A stretch of DNA of 64,000 bases, taken from Lytechinus pictus (taxonomy: Eukaryota). The position numbers and the translations under genes are program-made. Position 1 is the stretch's first letter, and each line of letters begins with the position of its first letter. Where the stretch lies: assembly GCF_037042905.1 (NCBI RefSeq), contig NC_087251.1, positions 2,792,001 to 2,856,000 on the forward strand, written 5' to 3'. The notes beneath the pieces are model-generated. The model worked only from the letters and a program-made list of their open reading frames with translations. It made no database searches and was not told the origin of the DNA. Positions 23,701-38,700 of this stretch are shown here, in pieces.

Positions 23701-26700
23701 TGTACCTCAAGAGTACCGTCTATTTATAAAATATTATGCTTGTGCAACACTTCCATTTCATTCAAGTACTACAATTACATGTATTTGAACTTATTTTAAA
23801 TAGTGTTTCTTTCCCTGTCCAAAAAATGAGCACAACACACAGATATGTTTGTTAAAATGAGAATATTCTTAATATGGATTGATGTGCACAATTTAACAGG
23901 GAGGAAAGGAACATGACAAAGCAATAGAGAAAGGGAGAATAAGGGAGGAAGAGAAAAAAAGAGCATTGAGAAAGAGTTTTAGTAAGTTAGAAGAAAATAA
24001 TACATTACTTAAGTGCATAGAGACATGATTTTATCATCGTTATATGCGCTATATAAGCAATGTTTTATTATTATTATTATTATTAAGAAATGAAAGTATA
24101 AAAAAAAACATTCATCTAAAATCACATCCATGGATGCAAATTTACAACACACAAGTCTATGAGGTGTTTAAAAAAAACATGTTTTTTTTGTATAAAAAAA
24201 AACTGGTGTTTCAAAATGCGTTTTAAAACATGTTTTAAAACACACCGTTTAAAACATGCCAACCCTGATTAACTCTTCCCATTGTGAGCCAGCAGCAAGA
24301 CTCACTTTCAGCTAAAGATGCACATTCTTCTTTCCTGAATCCTACAGTGCTTGAAATTTGCTTCAAAATCATAAAAATCTTGACCTTCAAAAAAAATCAC
24401 TACAAATTTTTTTTTTGCAAGTTTGAATCTTTAAGAACCTGCCTCAGACTAGAATTGCAGCCCAACCTGTTATATGCTTTTCACACTGCACTTTTTGTCC
24501 TAAATTGGTGGGGCTAAGGAGGGTCTTATCCCCACCAATTTCCCGGGGTTAAGCTTAGCCCACTTCGTTTTCACACTACGTTATAGCAAAGTGGGCTAGC
24601 ACGGTAAATAGTACGGTACTATCTGGCCCTGCAAAAAAGCAGGGTTAGCCGGCTTATTGTGGTGCTAGCACCACAATTGCGGTGCTAAGAGATGCAGTGT
24701 GAAACGAAACAGGGCTAAGCAAAAGTGGGGCTAAGCATTAGCCAATCACAGAAGTCGAAATTGCACGTTAATCGCGCTCTGTATGGTAAAATCATCAATA
24801 TCTATGAGCTGTGTGATTGCCTGTGTTAGGCGTTAACCCCGGTTAAGCAAATAGTACGGGGTTAAGAAAGACAGTGTGAATCGAAAAAAAGATAGTATGG
24901 GGTTAAGGATAGTCCGGGGTTCAGGATAGTATGGGGTTAAGGAAATGCAGTGTGAAAAGCATATTAGAGTCTGGTAACCTGGACCAGCTCAAATAGATGT
25001 TTGTTTTGAACTTCTACATACATGTATTATGTGACTGACACCACCTTTTGACCTTGTCCTCGAAAGAGGACACAAGCCTGATAATCTTTTTATTCTTGTT
25101 ACCATTCCAACACCTAAACATGTCACATGCCACTACCTCTTGAACACTGTTACTTGGTAGGTCCATGATATAATCTGGTAGAAGAGAGGATCATGCAAAC
25201 AGCTGCTTTCACTTTCAGAAGAAAAATTATCCCCTGGAGGCCAACTACATGCAAATCAAACAAAATAATAATAGTAATAATAATATTAATGATGATGATG
25301 ATGATAATGATGATGATGAGTAGTGGCTTAAGTTTGTTGTCCAGCTTCTTTGGTGGCATCTTCAGTTAACTGGTTGTCCATATTTGACAAAAACTTTTTT
25401 CCGCAGTAGGCGCAAGCAGGGACGTGAGAGCATGTCCCTGGCGCAAGTAATCTTTGTGTCGTGGATGAACTGATCTGTCTGGAGAAATTTCTCTTTATAA
25501 AGAGTGAGTCCATCAGGACATGAATTCGATAGAACAATACATCCTCTGTGGTGACAAATAGTGCGTGATATGGGCAATTCCATAGGTTGGTGGACATGAG
25601 CTCAATGTGTCTTTGTACTGTATAGCCCATCTGAACTGTACATTTTAATTGTGTTTGCCTTACTTATACTTATTGCTGGTTCTTTAATTGATGTTAAGGG
25701 CTTGAGGCAAGAAATGGAATGCATTTGTTTTACAATTTTTTATTTACACAGCCCAAGACAGATCTCGTACAGTTTAGTGAATACATTACCAATATACTGA
25801 CCAATAAGTAAAAGAGGAGGAAACTTATTCAGAATGTTACCTTTAAACATAAACTGGTGTCTGAAATCCTACTGATTATTACAGAAACAGAAACATGAAT
25901 CGTACACACATTATTGAATTTTTAGTGACATTTATGTTGTTGACCATACATGGACAAAATGTAACGTGAGTAACCACTTTATCTGCACCCCTAGTAAAAA
26001 CCATGTGTTCTTTATTTTTAGAATTACAGTATGTACAAAGTTTGTCTCCCTAATATACTTCTTTGAAATTGATATAATCAACTTTCATAAAAGCCTTGTA
26101 TGAGGATACTTTTCACTTATGTTGACTTTTCATTTTATGCATGTCCAAATTATGTAACATGAGTAACCGACACATTTCAAAGATTTGCCAGGAGCATAAT
26201 ACAATTTCCCAAGTTTTGTTTTTATACAAAGGATAGTCAGACTGCGTACTTTGTTGTGATAAAGAGATGTACATGTATAGTTCCTATCAATGATAATGGA
26301 GTTACAGCTCCAAGTATGAGTCAAGGTGTCTCCAAATGTAACGTGGGTAACCGTGGAATAGCCCATATGGTGACCTGTGTGAGAGACATTTTGGATAAAG
26401 GAAAGTGAGGAGGTGTAACATTTTCATTTCCGATTTCTTTGATCATGGTTTCGAAATCAGTTTAATTATTTCCTTACATGTATGTTGGGAACTTATATAA
26501 ATCCTTAATTTTGAAATGTTGTTTTCTGTATTGTTCAAATTTCCAACACCCATTGATTGGAATACCGGATTCTGACCAGTGCAACGTTGATAGAATCTGG
26601 CCTGATAAGGCCAAGTAAAAAAAGAAAGTAGTTGATCGTCCTCATGCGCATCTATTTTTGCCGCCGCATGTAATTTTTTACTATTTACTATTTTCAAATA

Positions 26701-29700
26701 TTGGCAAAAAAAATATCAAAAAGTGATATTTCTCGTCCACGCCCGCTTCCCTTTTTGATTGCCGCATCAAATTTCTTGATTTTTACTATTTTTATGGCTG
26801 CTGAAAAGCGAAAAAAATTCACAAGATTGGCGAGCGATTTGCTCTCATGTGCTCTGGGATTTCTCTCGCAACTTCATAAAATGATAATAATAATAATAGT
26901 TGGATTTATAAAGCGCTTTTTGCCAGAGGATACAAAGCGCTGCTATTATTACCCCGGCTTTAGCTCGAGCTACCATCACCGGCGCTCAGTGCATGCAAGG
27001 AATTACTCCTGCCGGGTACCCATTCACCTCACCTGGGTCGAGTGCAGCACAGTGTGGATAAATTTCTTGCTGAAGGAAAATACGCCATGGCTACGATTCG
27101 AACACACGACCCTCTGTTTCAAAGGCGAGAGTCAGAACCACTAGACCACGACGCACCCATAAAACAATTGCAAAGTCCGATATCGCCGTAACTGGGATGA
27201 AGAAAAAAATTCTGATTTGGTTTTTTATTGGTACTTTGGAAGATACAATCATAAATCAACAAGAAAATAAAGTTTGCAAACTCGGAAAAATCACAGATTT
27301 CTTCATTTTTAATGCAGTACTGGTATACATCAGTAATACATCAATAGTTTTTCATTGCATAATACATTTTCCTTAGATTTCCAATTAATTAATTAATTAG
27401 TTTTCTACTCATTTATTATTAATATTGAGCATGCATTGATCATATAAATCTGGCATGGCCTGACAATTATTTGATTAAAAAATAGCAACAAAAAAAGTAA
27501 ATAGTAAGGACCTCCCTCATCACTGATGTGAAAAAATGGGCCGAGAAAATGTCTCCTTGTTTTAAAAAAAAATAGTAAGATAGCAAATAGTAAGGAGGCC
27601 TCATCACTGCTCCCGAAAAACCCGGACGATCAACTACTATCTTTTTTTACCTGGCCTAATGATGGTAATGATAATATCAAAATATTTGGTCCAGTTTCCT
27701 GTATATACATGTCGTGCATCCATTATCAAGGAATGTCAATCGTGTTAGAAACATTCTTTCTATACAGTGTACAAGTTAAGAAAATAATTAATAGTGACAG
27801 AGGAGTATAAATGTGAAAAAAAATGCTAATGATACTGTTTAAAAAGGAAGTCCACCCCCCAAAAAAAGGGTTGGTTAGAATACAAAAGGTAAAATCAAAT
27901 AAGGTTAAACATTTCATCAAAATTTGTTATAAATCTGTATGAAATTTTTAAAATTGTTGTTGCTTATAAAGCTCTCTATGGTAATGCAGTGCATTTGCCC
28001 TGGCTTTACAGCTGTTACACTGGGTTTCAAGCACTGCATTTACCTAAATGTCATGGAAGTGCACATCCTCGTCCTTTTGCAAATAAGCGAACCTTTGACA
28101 TTAGCCATGACTCTTATGATTTCTTTTGTAAATTTATAATATGAAATAATCTCAATTTTATTCCTCTTTATGTGAGTTTGATTCCTTCCTGAACATGTGG
28201 AATTGCCATGTTTTGTGATTCAAGGAAGAGTTTTCTATTTGGCAAATCTGCCACATTTTATAATCTATAATTCCATATAATATATAAAATACAAAAAGAG
28301 AGTGAGTGTGTGACATCATTGGCTCTCTCGTTTGCATCATGGAGGTAGACCTCCATGTTTGCATTATATATCTCCATGTATGTGATGTGCACATGTAGAC
28401 CTACATGTTAGCCTAACTTTTGTGAAAAATATGTTAAACTTTTAAGTGTTACTTTTTGATGAAATTTCCAAAATTATACTTGTTGATTTTTCTCTATTCC
28501 AGGGCTCCACACTAACCCTTTTTTTTCTACTGGTCCAACTTGTTCATGTTGGACCAGTGAGTAGATACCCACTTTTTTCTATTTTTACTGGTCCAAACCT
28601 GAATTTTTCTTGTCCCGAAAAATAAAGAAAAGGATAAAAAAAGGACTTGAATTTAGTTTTTCTGTCTTTTATTGCTATTACCGGTATTGCCCCCTAAAAA
28701 ACATACAAACATACAGTACACGCACAACATAATTCATGAGAGAAATCTAAGAGAGAAATTTTGTTAAGACACCAGAGCCATTTTGATAATTTACAAATGA
28801 TGAGAAAATATCATTTGTATCAGTTTGATATATAAATAGATACTGAATTGAATTGAATATATATTTTACTGGTCATGTCGGACCAGCAAAGCTGGCTTTT
28901 TCTGAAAAAGTACTGACCCGGCAGCCATTTTTACTGGTCTGAGACCGTCAGACCAGTGCCAGTGTCGCGCACTGTCTATTCATTCAAATAAACTATTAGT
29001 AGGGTTGGACTTGACCTTTAATACACATTGCAAATCACATGAAGTAAGTTGTTAAAAATATGAAATGCTGTAACAATGACTATTATTAGTAAAGGGCTAA
29101 AGTGCGTATAAAAAAAAAGTTTACACTTAGAAAAAATCCTGTAAAATTATGCATTTGTAATATCCTGAAGATTTTTCCACATCTTAACATTGGTACAGAT
29201 CCATGTAAGCAAATGGCGATATAACTGTTGAAAAATATTTCCGCTTAAGTGAGCACCACTTACTTTTGAAAAGTTAGTGAAAAATGATTTGCGCAGAACT
29301 TTGAAATAGTTAAGCGAATTAAAGTAGACCTTAATCATGAAGAACACGTGGAATTTAGCTAGCGAAATTGATATGAAGATATCTTTTACCTTTTTCAACT
29401 TTGCCCAAAACACTTCGAAGAGTGCATTGCGCCCCACACACCGAGGCCGTTGTGACGATATTTGCTTTACACTGAGCTGTCAATTACATGAAATGGCTTA
29501 GGCTTGATTTTCATTTTGTTAATCATTGTCAAGCTTGGGAAAAGTGTGGAGAAACGAGCATTAAATGAAAAATGAAATGTAAACCCACTTTTAATGACAA
29601 AAACTTAGTGAAAAAATGCTGGAGATGTCTGATATAAACTTTTGTTCAGATTCAGTTATGTCCTCAGATTCAGCTGGCACAAAAAGGGTAAAGGTTGTGC

Positions 29701-32700
29701 TTACTAAGTGTTGAAATTTCAATTTGGGTGGCAAAGTTGTTACAAAATGCTTGAATGTATCCGTTTTATTTCAAATGACTAAAAGTACAAGGGAAATGTA
29801 TGAAAAATGTTTCGCAGGGTAAGTTTGATTTTGCCCTTTCCCCGTGACACAGCGTGAAAACAAGCATTTCTGCGCAAACAGATTTCTATAAAGAAAGCCA
29901 GTGAAAAATATTCAGCTCTTTATTGACTCTGAAAAAGATCGTTTTATGATGTAAAAAAAAATCAAAAGTGGATTGGTGCATCTTTAAATCCATGAAATGG
30001 TCATTTATTTTGCATATTTCCTGGAATTTTTTAAAAATTAGTTAAAAACTATCAAGAAAATTAAGAATATTCACCTCTCTCTTGTCTTTTCTTCATCATT
30101 TTATGATGTTACACTCGGTCAATATTTTTTTATCGTAGTCCCGCATGTAGACTTTCATGGGGTTTTTTCATGGTGTTGCAGCATTGATCGTTGATCGTAT
30201 CATTTGATTGTTTTACACTTGGTCAACATGAAAGTCTACATGTGGGACCACAATAATGAAAAGCATTTACTGAGTACATCATCATAAATCAGAGTAAAGA
30301 AAGAGAGTCAAGAAAGAGCTTAATATTCTTCATTTTTTCAGTAGTTTCCAACTATCAAAACATTTTCAAGGTAATATGGAAAATAGATGGCCATTTCATG
30401 GATTTTTGCAAAATGTGAAATTTTAGCCACTTTTGGTGGGGTTTTTTGCAAATTGCTCAAGTAGCGCATGGGCAGTCATTGCACACATAGAACGTAAGAT
30501 GCGATGGCACGGTTTTTCAAATGAGGTACCTGGCGATAAATTATTGGTAATTGGCGCTGTTTTTATATCAGTTTCCACTGTTTTTTTTACTGGTTTGACA
30601 TAATCTGAGAGATAGTTGTGATTATCCAAATGATATTGAAATTTGAGGGTCTACTGATATTTTATTTCCAAAACAACCACTTGCCCGATCGGGCAATTGA
30701 CTTTGAGAAATGCTTGCCCGCACGTCATTTTCACTTGCCCCGGGCAAGCGGTTTTGTCGCGCCCTGATTCTGTCAAAACTTTTACTTTTATTAAATAGAT
30801 GAGACCCAAACCCAAGATTATATGTGAAAAAATTACCCACATGTTGTATATTTTTTAATTCCCAGGGCATTGTCAAAGTGTAAACTTTTTTTATATGCAC
30901 TGTATAGGAAATTAAAGATAGATAAAGAAAGTGAATGAATTTGAACAAAGATACTGGGGAAAGTGTAATATAAACTACAAAATATTATTAACTTAAACTT
31001 TTTTTTTTATAATGATGGAGATACCAAGATTTATGATTTACACATGATGTGTACACATGTGAAACTATAGCAAGAATTTAAATGCCAAGATATTGAACTT
31101 ACTGTGTATACATGTAGTTCTAAATGATAAGCAGCCTCCATAGCTGACATAATCTCACCCAGAAAGTCTTCTGTCAAATTGAGATTAAAATCTAAAGTAG
31201 ACTCCACCCGAATTGTGATGAAAATTAACTGTCACTATCCAAACAAATCTGCAATAGAAGTGATTTTCTCTCTCTCTCTTTCTCTCATATTACTTGGGTA
31301 GATTTATTTGTTAGTTTGTTGCATCATGGTATTTATATTGAATACTTCCTTTCTAGGGGTAGAGATGATTTGCATGGAGGCTAAATGTCTCTTTTCATGA
31401 ATGGAATTCATGCAGGAAACATATATGCACTATAAACACAAAAGCCCCTCTTAAAGAAAAAAATGAAGTGAAAAAAAGTATTAAAGAAGCTGAAAGAAGA
31501 AAATACTTGGTAGTCATAGCGAAATGGAAATTGGCATGTAAATTATAATTATTTAATGTTCAATATTGATAGTTTCACACTGTCTGATTTCCAATGGAAG
31601 GAAAGAAAGACAGGCTTGATTAAGAAATAACCTATTTTGCCAGTATTAAAGGGGAATCCAACACAAATAAAAACTTGTTTTTAGAGGAAAAGCAAAACCA
31701 GACAAGTTGGTAGGTTTGAACAATATCTGATACACAGTAAGAAAGTTCTAAATTTTAAAAGTTGTGATAATTGGTAATCACTATTTCCATGAAGACTTCA
31801 AATTGGCTGCTTATGTGATGTCATCTACATGTAGCAGCGTTGAAAATAGACGGGAGTGACAAGCGATTTCGCTCTCGCTCTCGCAACTGCCTAAAACTGT
31901 TTAAGTACCGAGCGACTCCCAACATGAAAATCACTCCCGCCCATCCAGTCTCCCATCCACGCCTGCATAGTAGCCAGGCCAGTGCAGCTGCAGTTTTTAC
32001 TTCCATGCATCACCGCTTTCTGACGTGTTACTGAGAAAATTCCTATCCAGTTCATTGAAACTCCAATATCCCTGGGTACTATTTTTTAAAATGCTGCGAT
32101 GTAAACATTGATAGTGAAAAATTGGCTCTTTTCTTGCTTTTTGAAGATACCATCCTGAATTTGCTATAGAAAATAAGTTTGTGAACTCAGGACAAAATCA
32201 CAGATTTTTGTCTCACCTTCAAAGCAGAGTGAGACTACAGTGCGTATAAAAAAACGGGACAGTTTTGAAAAGTCTATAAAAAATTTGTTTCAAATCATTA
32301 TATCTATATTTTGATGTTAATAAATGCTCTGAGATCTTATCTTTGAAATGCCATTAAAAAAAATAAATTCTGTTCATGCTTGAGCAAACACGGGACGTTT
32401 TTGTCGGGGGTTCAAAAAGAGGCTTGTGCCAAAATGGCAGAAATGAGAAATTTGATGATTAGACCTTTTGCTAATCAGCAGACTTCCTTTTAATCTTTTC
32501 ATTACTTTTGCCATAATGTTCGAATTATGCTGTCAAATTTCATTTACAAATTTATTTATTTACCTGAATTTTTTTTTTCATTTTTACTTCTTTTACCTTG
32601 GAATTTCCTTAATAAGTAAGAAAAGAAGACTTTTCGTCAACCAAAGTACGAAGATTTGCATTTTTAATTGGGAGAATTTGTAATTATTCAAACCCTTTTA

Positions 32701-35700
32701 TTATGTGAAACAAATTATGTTATTGTACCTATAAAAGACATGAATCCTATATTCAAGGGGTTATTGAATCTTTCACCAAGTTTAATTATGTGCTTGACAG
32801 GACAAACCGGAAAGGATTCAGGTCTTTCAATGGCAATGGTGTATTGAGTCAATTTGAAGAAGCAAGATATGGCAGATCTGGTAAAATGTATTAAAAAGTT
32901 GTGAAGGGAGCAAGCAAAAATTTCCACTTTTTTATCAAAATCTCATTTTTTTAATGCAGTAAATGATATCATATTTCACTTTCTATTTTTTCTGTTATTT
33001 TCCTTTCCACTTTTTTTTTCTTGGTCATGATTTTTCTGGGTTTTTTTTGGTTTTTTTTTTTGGGGGGAGGGGGGGAGCACCCCGAGCCCCCAACCATCAG
33101 TATGCCACTGTTCAAAGGCACCATAACCCTTGTAGCACACAATGAAAGGATTTGAAGAAATAACACGCTCTCCCATACTTCGGTTAACAAAAAATTGTTC
33201 TTGTCTAAAGAAGGAATATTCAAAGCTAAAAGAGAACATATTAAAAAGGAACAACAACAGAACAATTCAAGCAAATAAGTAGATTTGGGAATGAATTTTA
33301 ACCGCATAATTCAAAAATTATGGCAAAGATAATGAAAAGGTTAAGAGGAAGTCTGCCGATTAGCAAGAAGTCCAACCATCATATTTATCATTTTATGCCA
33401 TTTTGGCGCAAGCCTCCTTTTTAACCCCAGACAAAAACATTCCGTGTTCGCTCAAGCATGAACAAAACTAAATTATTTTTTATAGCATTTGAAGGATAAG
33501 ACTTCAGAGCACCTATTGACACCAAAATAAAGAGATCATAATTCGAAACAAAAAATTTATAGACTTTTTATACGCACTGTATAGGCGCCGCTTTTCTGAC
33601 GGCGGCAGCGGCGTCAACACCAAATCTTAACCAAAGGTTAAGTTTTTGAAATGACAGCATAACTTAGAAAGTATATAGACCTAGTTCATGAAACTTGGCC
33701 ATAAGGTTAATGAAGTATTACTGAATATCCTGCCTGAGTTTTGGGTCGCATGACCAAGGTCAGAGGTCATTTAGGGTCAATGAACTAAGACCATGTTTGG
33801 GGAATCAACATCAAAATCTTAACCTAAGGTTAATTCTTGAAATGTCATCATAACTTAAAAAATATATGGACCTAGTTCATGAAACTTGGACATAAGTTTA
33901 TTCAAGTATTACTGAACATCCTGCCTGATTTTCAAGTCACATGACCAAGGTCAAAGGTCATTTAGGGTCAATGAACTTTGGCCAAGTTGGGGGTATCTGT
34001 CGAATTACCATCATAACTTTGAAAGTAAATTTATGGATCTGATTCATGAAACTTGGACATAAGAGTAATCAAGTATCTTTGAACATCCTGTGCGAGTTTC
34101 AGGTCACATGACCAAAGTCAAAGGTCATTGAATTTTTGCCATTTTGAAGGTAATTATTAGATTGCTGTCATAACTTTCAAAGTTTATGAAATGTGGATAT
34201 AGGGGTAATCAAGTATCAGTGACAAGTCTTAGGTCGCATGATCAAGGTCAAATGTCATTTATTGTCAATGAATGTAGTATTGTATCATTATATATGAATG
34301 TTTTTTTTTGTGAATAATTATTTTATAGTAGTAGTAGCACTGCTGCTATATTGAATCGCGCGATGCATGTGAGACTGCCAGAGGCGCTCCACTTGTTTAA
34401 TTTTAGCGTATATTTTGGCGACCCCACTTCCTAAATCTGAACAAAGCCACTGGGTGCTCTGGAAATATGGCGCAATTTGAAGGGCGAAATTAGGATTTTT
34501 AGCCGGGATTTTTGGTAACAGTCAGTGCCTGAGCATATGCATGTAATGGCGCTAATACGTTTGCATACCTTCCTGTGTTGCAGTGATGGTTGGCTGTGAC
34601 CTGTGCTGTGTTCAGTGGCTGCACAGGCATAGGCCTTGATTAGCTTGTGAAGTAAGTTGAGGTGAAACATGTTTTCTTCCTCCATGATTATCGACAATTG
34701 GAATTGTTTTAACATGTTATGGTTCAGTCAAGCAGGTTCATATTGTCAAATCTGTAAAAAAATAAATATTGGAGAATTCGAACAATAAAAAACAAAAGAA
34801 ATAGTGAGTGATGGACATCATCGACTCTCTGATTTGCATGTTGCCGAGTTGTGCATGTAACTGTTTTTGGAAAAATAAGCGAAACTTTGAAATGTCATAA
34901 CTTTCTTATTTTACATCCAATTTTGATGAAATTTTCAGCGTAATTCTTGTTTGATTTTTCTCTATTGATTCAAATCAACATTTTTCTGGGGTGGACTTGA
35001 CCTTTGATAATGAAATAAGTTGCAGAATTGCAGCAATGAATATCTAATGCATTAAATCACTTGTCAATCCAATTTTTCAGTTCTTTAGAATAAAATTGAA
35101 TAAACCTAATTTCATATTTCATAATAAAATACAAAAAAAACAAGTGAGGATATGACATCAGCAATTTGCTCATTGAATATTCATGAAGACATGCGGTGAT
35201 GGCTTGAACCGGAATAATTCAAATCATTAAAATGCCATAACTTTCTTATTTCTTGTCTGATTTGATCAAATTTTTAGTGTTTTGTTTGTCTGATTTTTCT
35301 TTATCTGTTTATATTATATTATTTTCAGCCTGGAGCATCCCTTTAAGGATCTAAATTTTAAAGCAGCCATAACCTTATTCCTTGTCCTATTTCTAAACAA
35401 ACTTTCACCACTCTGTTTTATTTATTTTTCTCCTTTCCAACACAACATGTTATGACCAAGGCTGGATTCCCCTGAAAATTCCCTGGTTTTGCTGAAAGGG
35501 TGTGTAGGATGCATTATTTGGGGGCGTCGTGGTCTAGTGGTTATGACTTGTTTTTCACTTTGAGGGACGTGGTTCGAAAGAGATTTACCCACATTGTGCT
35601 GCACTCAACCCAGGTGAGGTGAATGGGTACCCGGTAGGAAGATATTCCTGGAATGCTTGAGCGCCTATATGGTGGCTCGGCTACAGTCGAGGTGATAATT

Positions 35701-38700
35701 ATGATACCAAGTGTTAAACGCAGTAGAGTATTTATATAGTAATATAACTGGGCTATATAAATGGTCCATATTACTATAGTATTGTATTGTATTTATTTTC
35801 CGTCAATTAAAACAATAATGATATATATTTACAATCATAAAGAAAAGATCTATAAAAAGACAGAGGGATTGCCCTCCTCAGCGTTGATAATACATCAATG
35901 CTGTTCTACAGAGTACAGAGGGGTCCCTAACAAATATAAACATGTAAACATATAAGCAGGATAGGAAAAACTTAGTTGACTTACAATGAAGACATTAGTA
36001 TTATTAATATGTTGAATTAATCTATCTCATGGCTCCCTCACAGGCCCCTGAACATACCCCAAATGTTATGAAATTACTGGACTTCTGCCTTCTGGGCTTA
36101 ATATAAAATATTTATATTGCTCTTATAGGTTTCTCATGACAATATGAATCCCAATTACTCAATATGAATACTGTGTCTTGCTCTCATATTGTTATCACAT
36201 AATATACAAATAATAAATGTTTATGAGTGCAATGGACAGAATACTTCATGAGGTGAAAGATGAAATGATCATGCAATCATCATCTGAATGGATCATTATT
36301 TCATCTTTCACCGAATGAAGTATTCTGTCCGTTGCACGAATGAAAAAAAAAATCATTATTTGGTTTATATGACACCTAAATTTGTTTAGAATAATAGTAT
36401 TACGTGCAAATAATAATATTTGTAAATGTTAGACATGTATATTTTTGTAGAGAGAACAAATTGTCATTCATTTCTCATAAAAGGTCAAGACAAACTAATT
36501 CAACACCAGCTGAAACTGAACTTTACGTCAGTGGCTAATTTTGTCGAAGGCATCTTGGTAAAGGGTCACACTCTCACATTTTAGTCAAGATTAGAAAAGT
36601 GTAGTGGCCATATTTTATTTATTTTTTGTCATTGATTCTTTTTAAAAATGTGATTTTTGAGCATTTTTCTTACTAATTAAGTGCTTGGATTTTAGGAAGC
36701 CATATTAGACAAAGAATATTCTTAAGCTTTAGCCTATTCTATCCTTGCATCCTTGAGAACTGCTTTAATAATGAAAAAAATGCAAATAGTTTTTTTTTTG
36801 ACACCCAATCAAAGTACATTGTAAATGTCACATTTCCAAATTCCAACGAATGTATATTCCCCTCATCATACTTCATCGCTGTTTTCATGCATACACATTC
36901 TTATCATCTAGTATCGAATTGGAACAGTATATGCACTGACATGTACATGTAGGGGGGGGGATTTACCAGACATTATAAGAGGCTTTAATATGTGATAAAG
37001 TTGCATGTAAGTTAATCCCACTGAAAATCATCTGGAAAGTAAACAGGAACAAAGCTGTTTCTGTTTCCTTGCTACCTGTAGCCTGGCCTATATACACATC
37101 CAAGCCAGATTGATGCAACACTCAACAGGCCAGGGGGAGGGGCTTGCGAACTAATATCAAGAGTCCTTATGAGTGTATGCATATCGTATCTCGCGGGTGT
37201 ATGGAGGGAGATTGTGGTTCCATACTGTGAGTGTATCTTTACGTTCCCAAGTCAGACTCATAAAAGCTGGCAGTGTCACTGAAGAGGTCATTCTGCCCAT
37301 TCTACAGAAATATTTTCTATACTGATGGATAAACTTTGTTTGTTGATGAGTTTCTGTTGGTTGAAAAAGGATCCTGCGCATTCCTTGGAGTTTTTGCAAA
37401 CAATAGTGGTGGTGGTACTGGACCATAGCTAAACTCTGATTATTCTTTTCTTATCATATTGTTTGCCATCCCATTCCTTATTTTGGGGAGTATCATAAAG
37501 TCTTCAATCATAGTAGAGAGTGTCACTGTAAATGATCTTTCTGTAAATACATCTACCAACATTCCAGCTCTACATATTAGAGGAGTGATGTTCCATTGAT
37601 TAGATAGACCTGCATCCGATGTGAAAGATGTACAGGAGTTTTGAACCTGAGATAGCCTAATAATGCTTTCTTCTTCTTAGTGTGCTCAATTGCTGCTTGA
37701 CCTTGTTATTTGCTCAAACAGCGCTGATCATTTGGGAAGACATATCTTGAGACTGAGGGTAGGAATCAATATCCTGTCAGCCGGTGCAAGTTCATGGTTG
37801 AATGATGGACAAAATAAGTATATCCTCAAATTACGTGCTTAATTTCTGCTCAGACCTTGGTGCTTGTGCAGCTGGCGATGTATAGTTCAATGAGAATCTT
37901 CCTGACAGGACACTTGATTAATTTCTGTTCTAGCTTTATTAATCATGTTAATTAGGTTACATATTGGCTGTGCTCTATCTACATGGTAGGAATACATCTT
38001 TATCAGGATATACATGGAGCTTCATCTTATTTGACCAATGATAATACTCTAGTCTTCAGTGGATTGCCATTTGTCAAGTGTGCTCCTATCTATAAAACTG
38101 CTCTGTGTTGCATAAGTTTTTTTTAATTGTCTATTGAGGGATTTAATTTAACGCAAAGACGACCATGGATTTACATGTATTTTGATTTTGTAATCATTTT
38201 GGATTTTGTTCAGTGTACTCTTTCATTGTGTGGGTGCTGTAATTGTTGGCAATAACAAGAATAGATTCAAGCCTACTCTGCAGTACTTACTACAATTCTC
38301 TTGGAGATATTTTTGCAGTGTTGATGAAATAGACTCTGATAATCAGAGGAATATTAATTTTGAAGTTTCTGAGGAGTATAATTGAATGATGGGTGTGCCC
38401 ATAGAATCCAGTTCCCCACCCACCAATCAAAACCACAGGAAGAAAATGATGGACATAGGAGGATACATGATCATGCTGGCTGAAATGAAGAACAAAAAGA
38501 TCAAACTTTATGGTAAGCCCATTATAGTGGTCTAGACTTAAGTGGTTTATGTTTATCTCTTGGAGTTTACTTCTTTACTTTTTTTTTTTTTGGGGGGGGG
38601 TCTCATTAGCACAGGAGAAGAAGCAAGCAATAGATGGACACTGCATTTGAACAATAATTAAAAAAAATATTTGATCACCATCAAATGGTAATTAGATTAT

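Noticed and set aside
25328..25630. Nested antisense gene (ORFs with CxxC-like residues)
   Set aside because: No recognisable homology and no consistent exon chain; more plausibly transposon-internal sequence.
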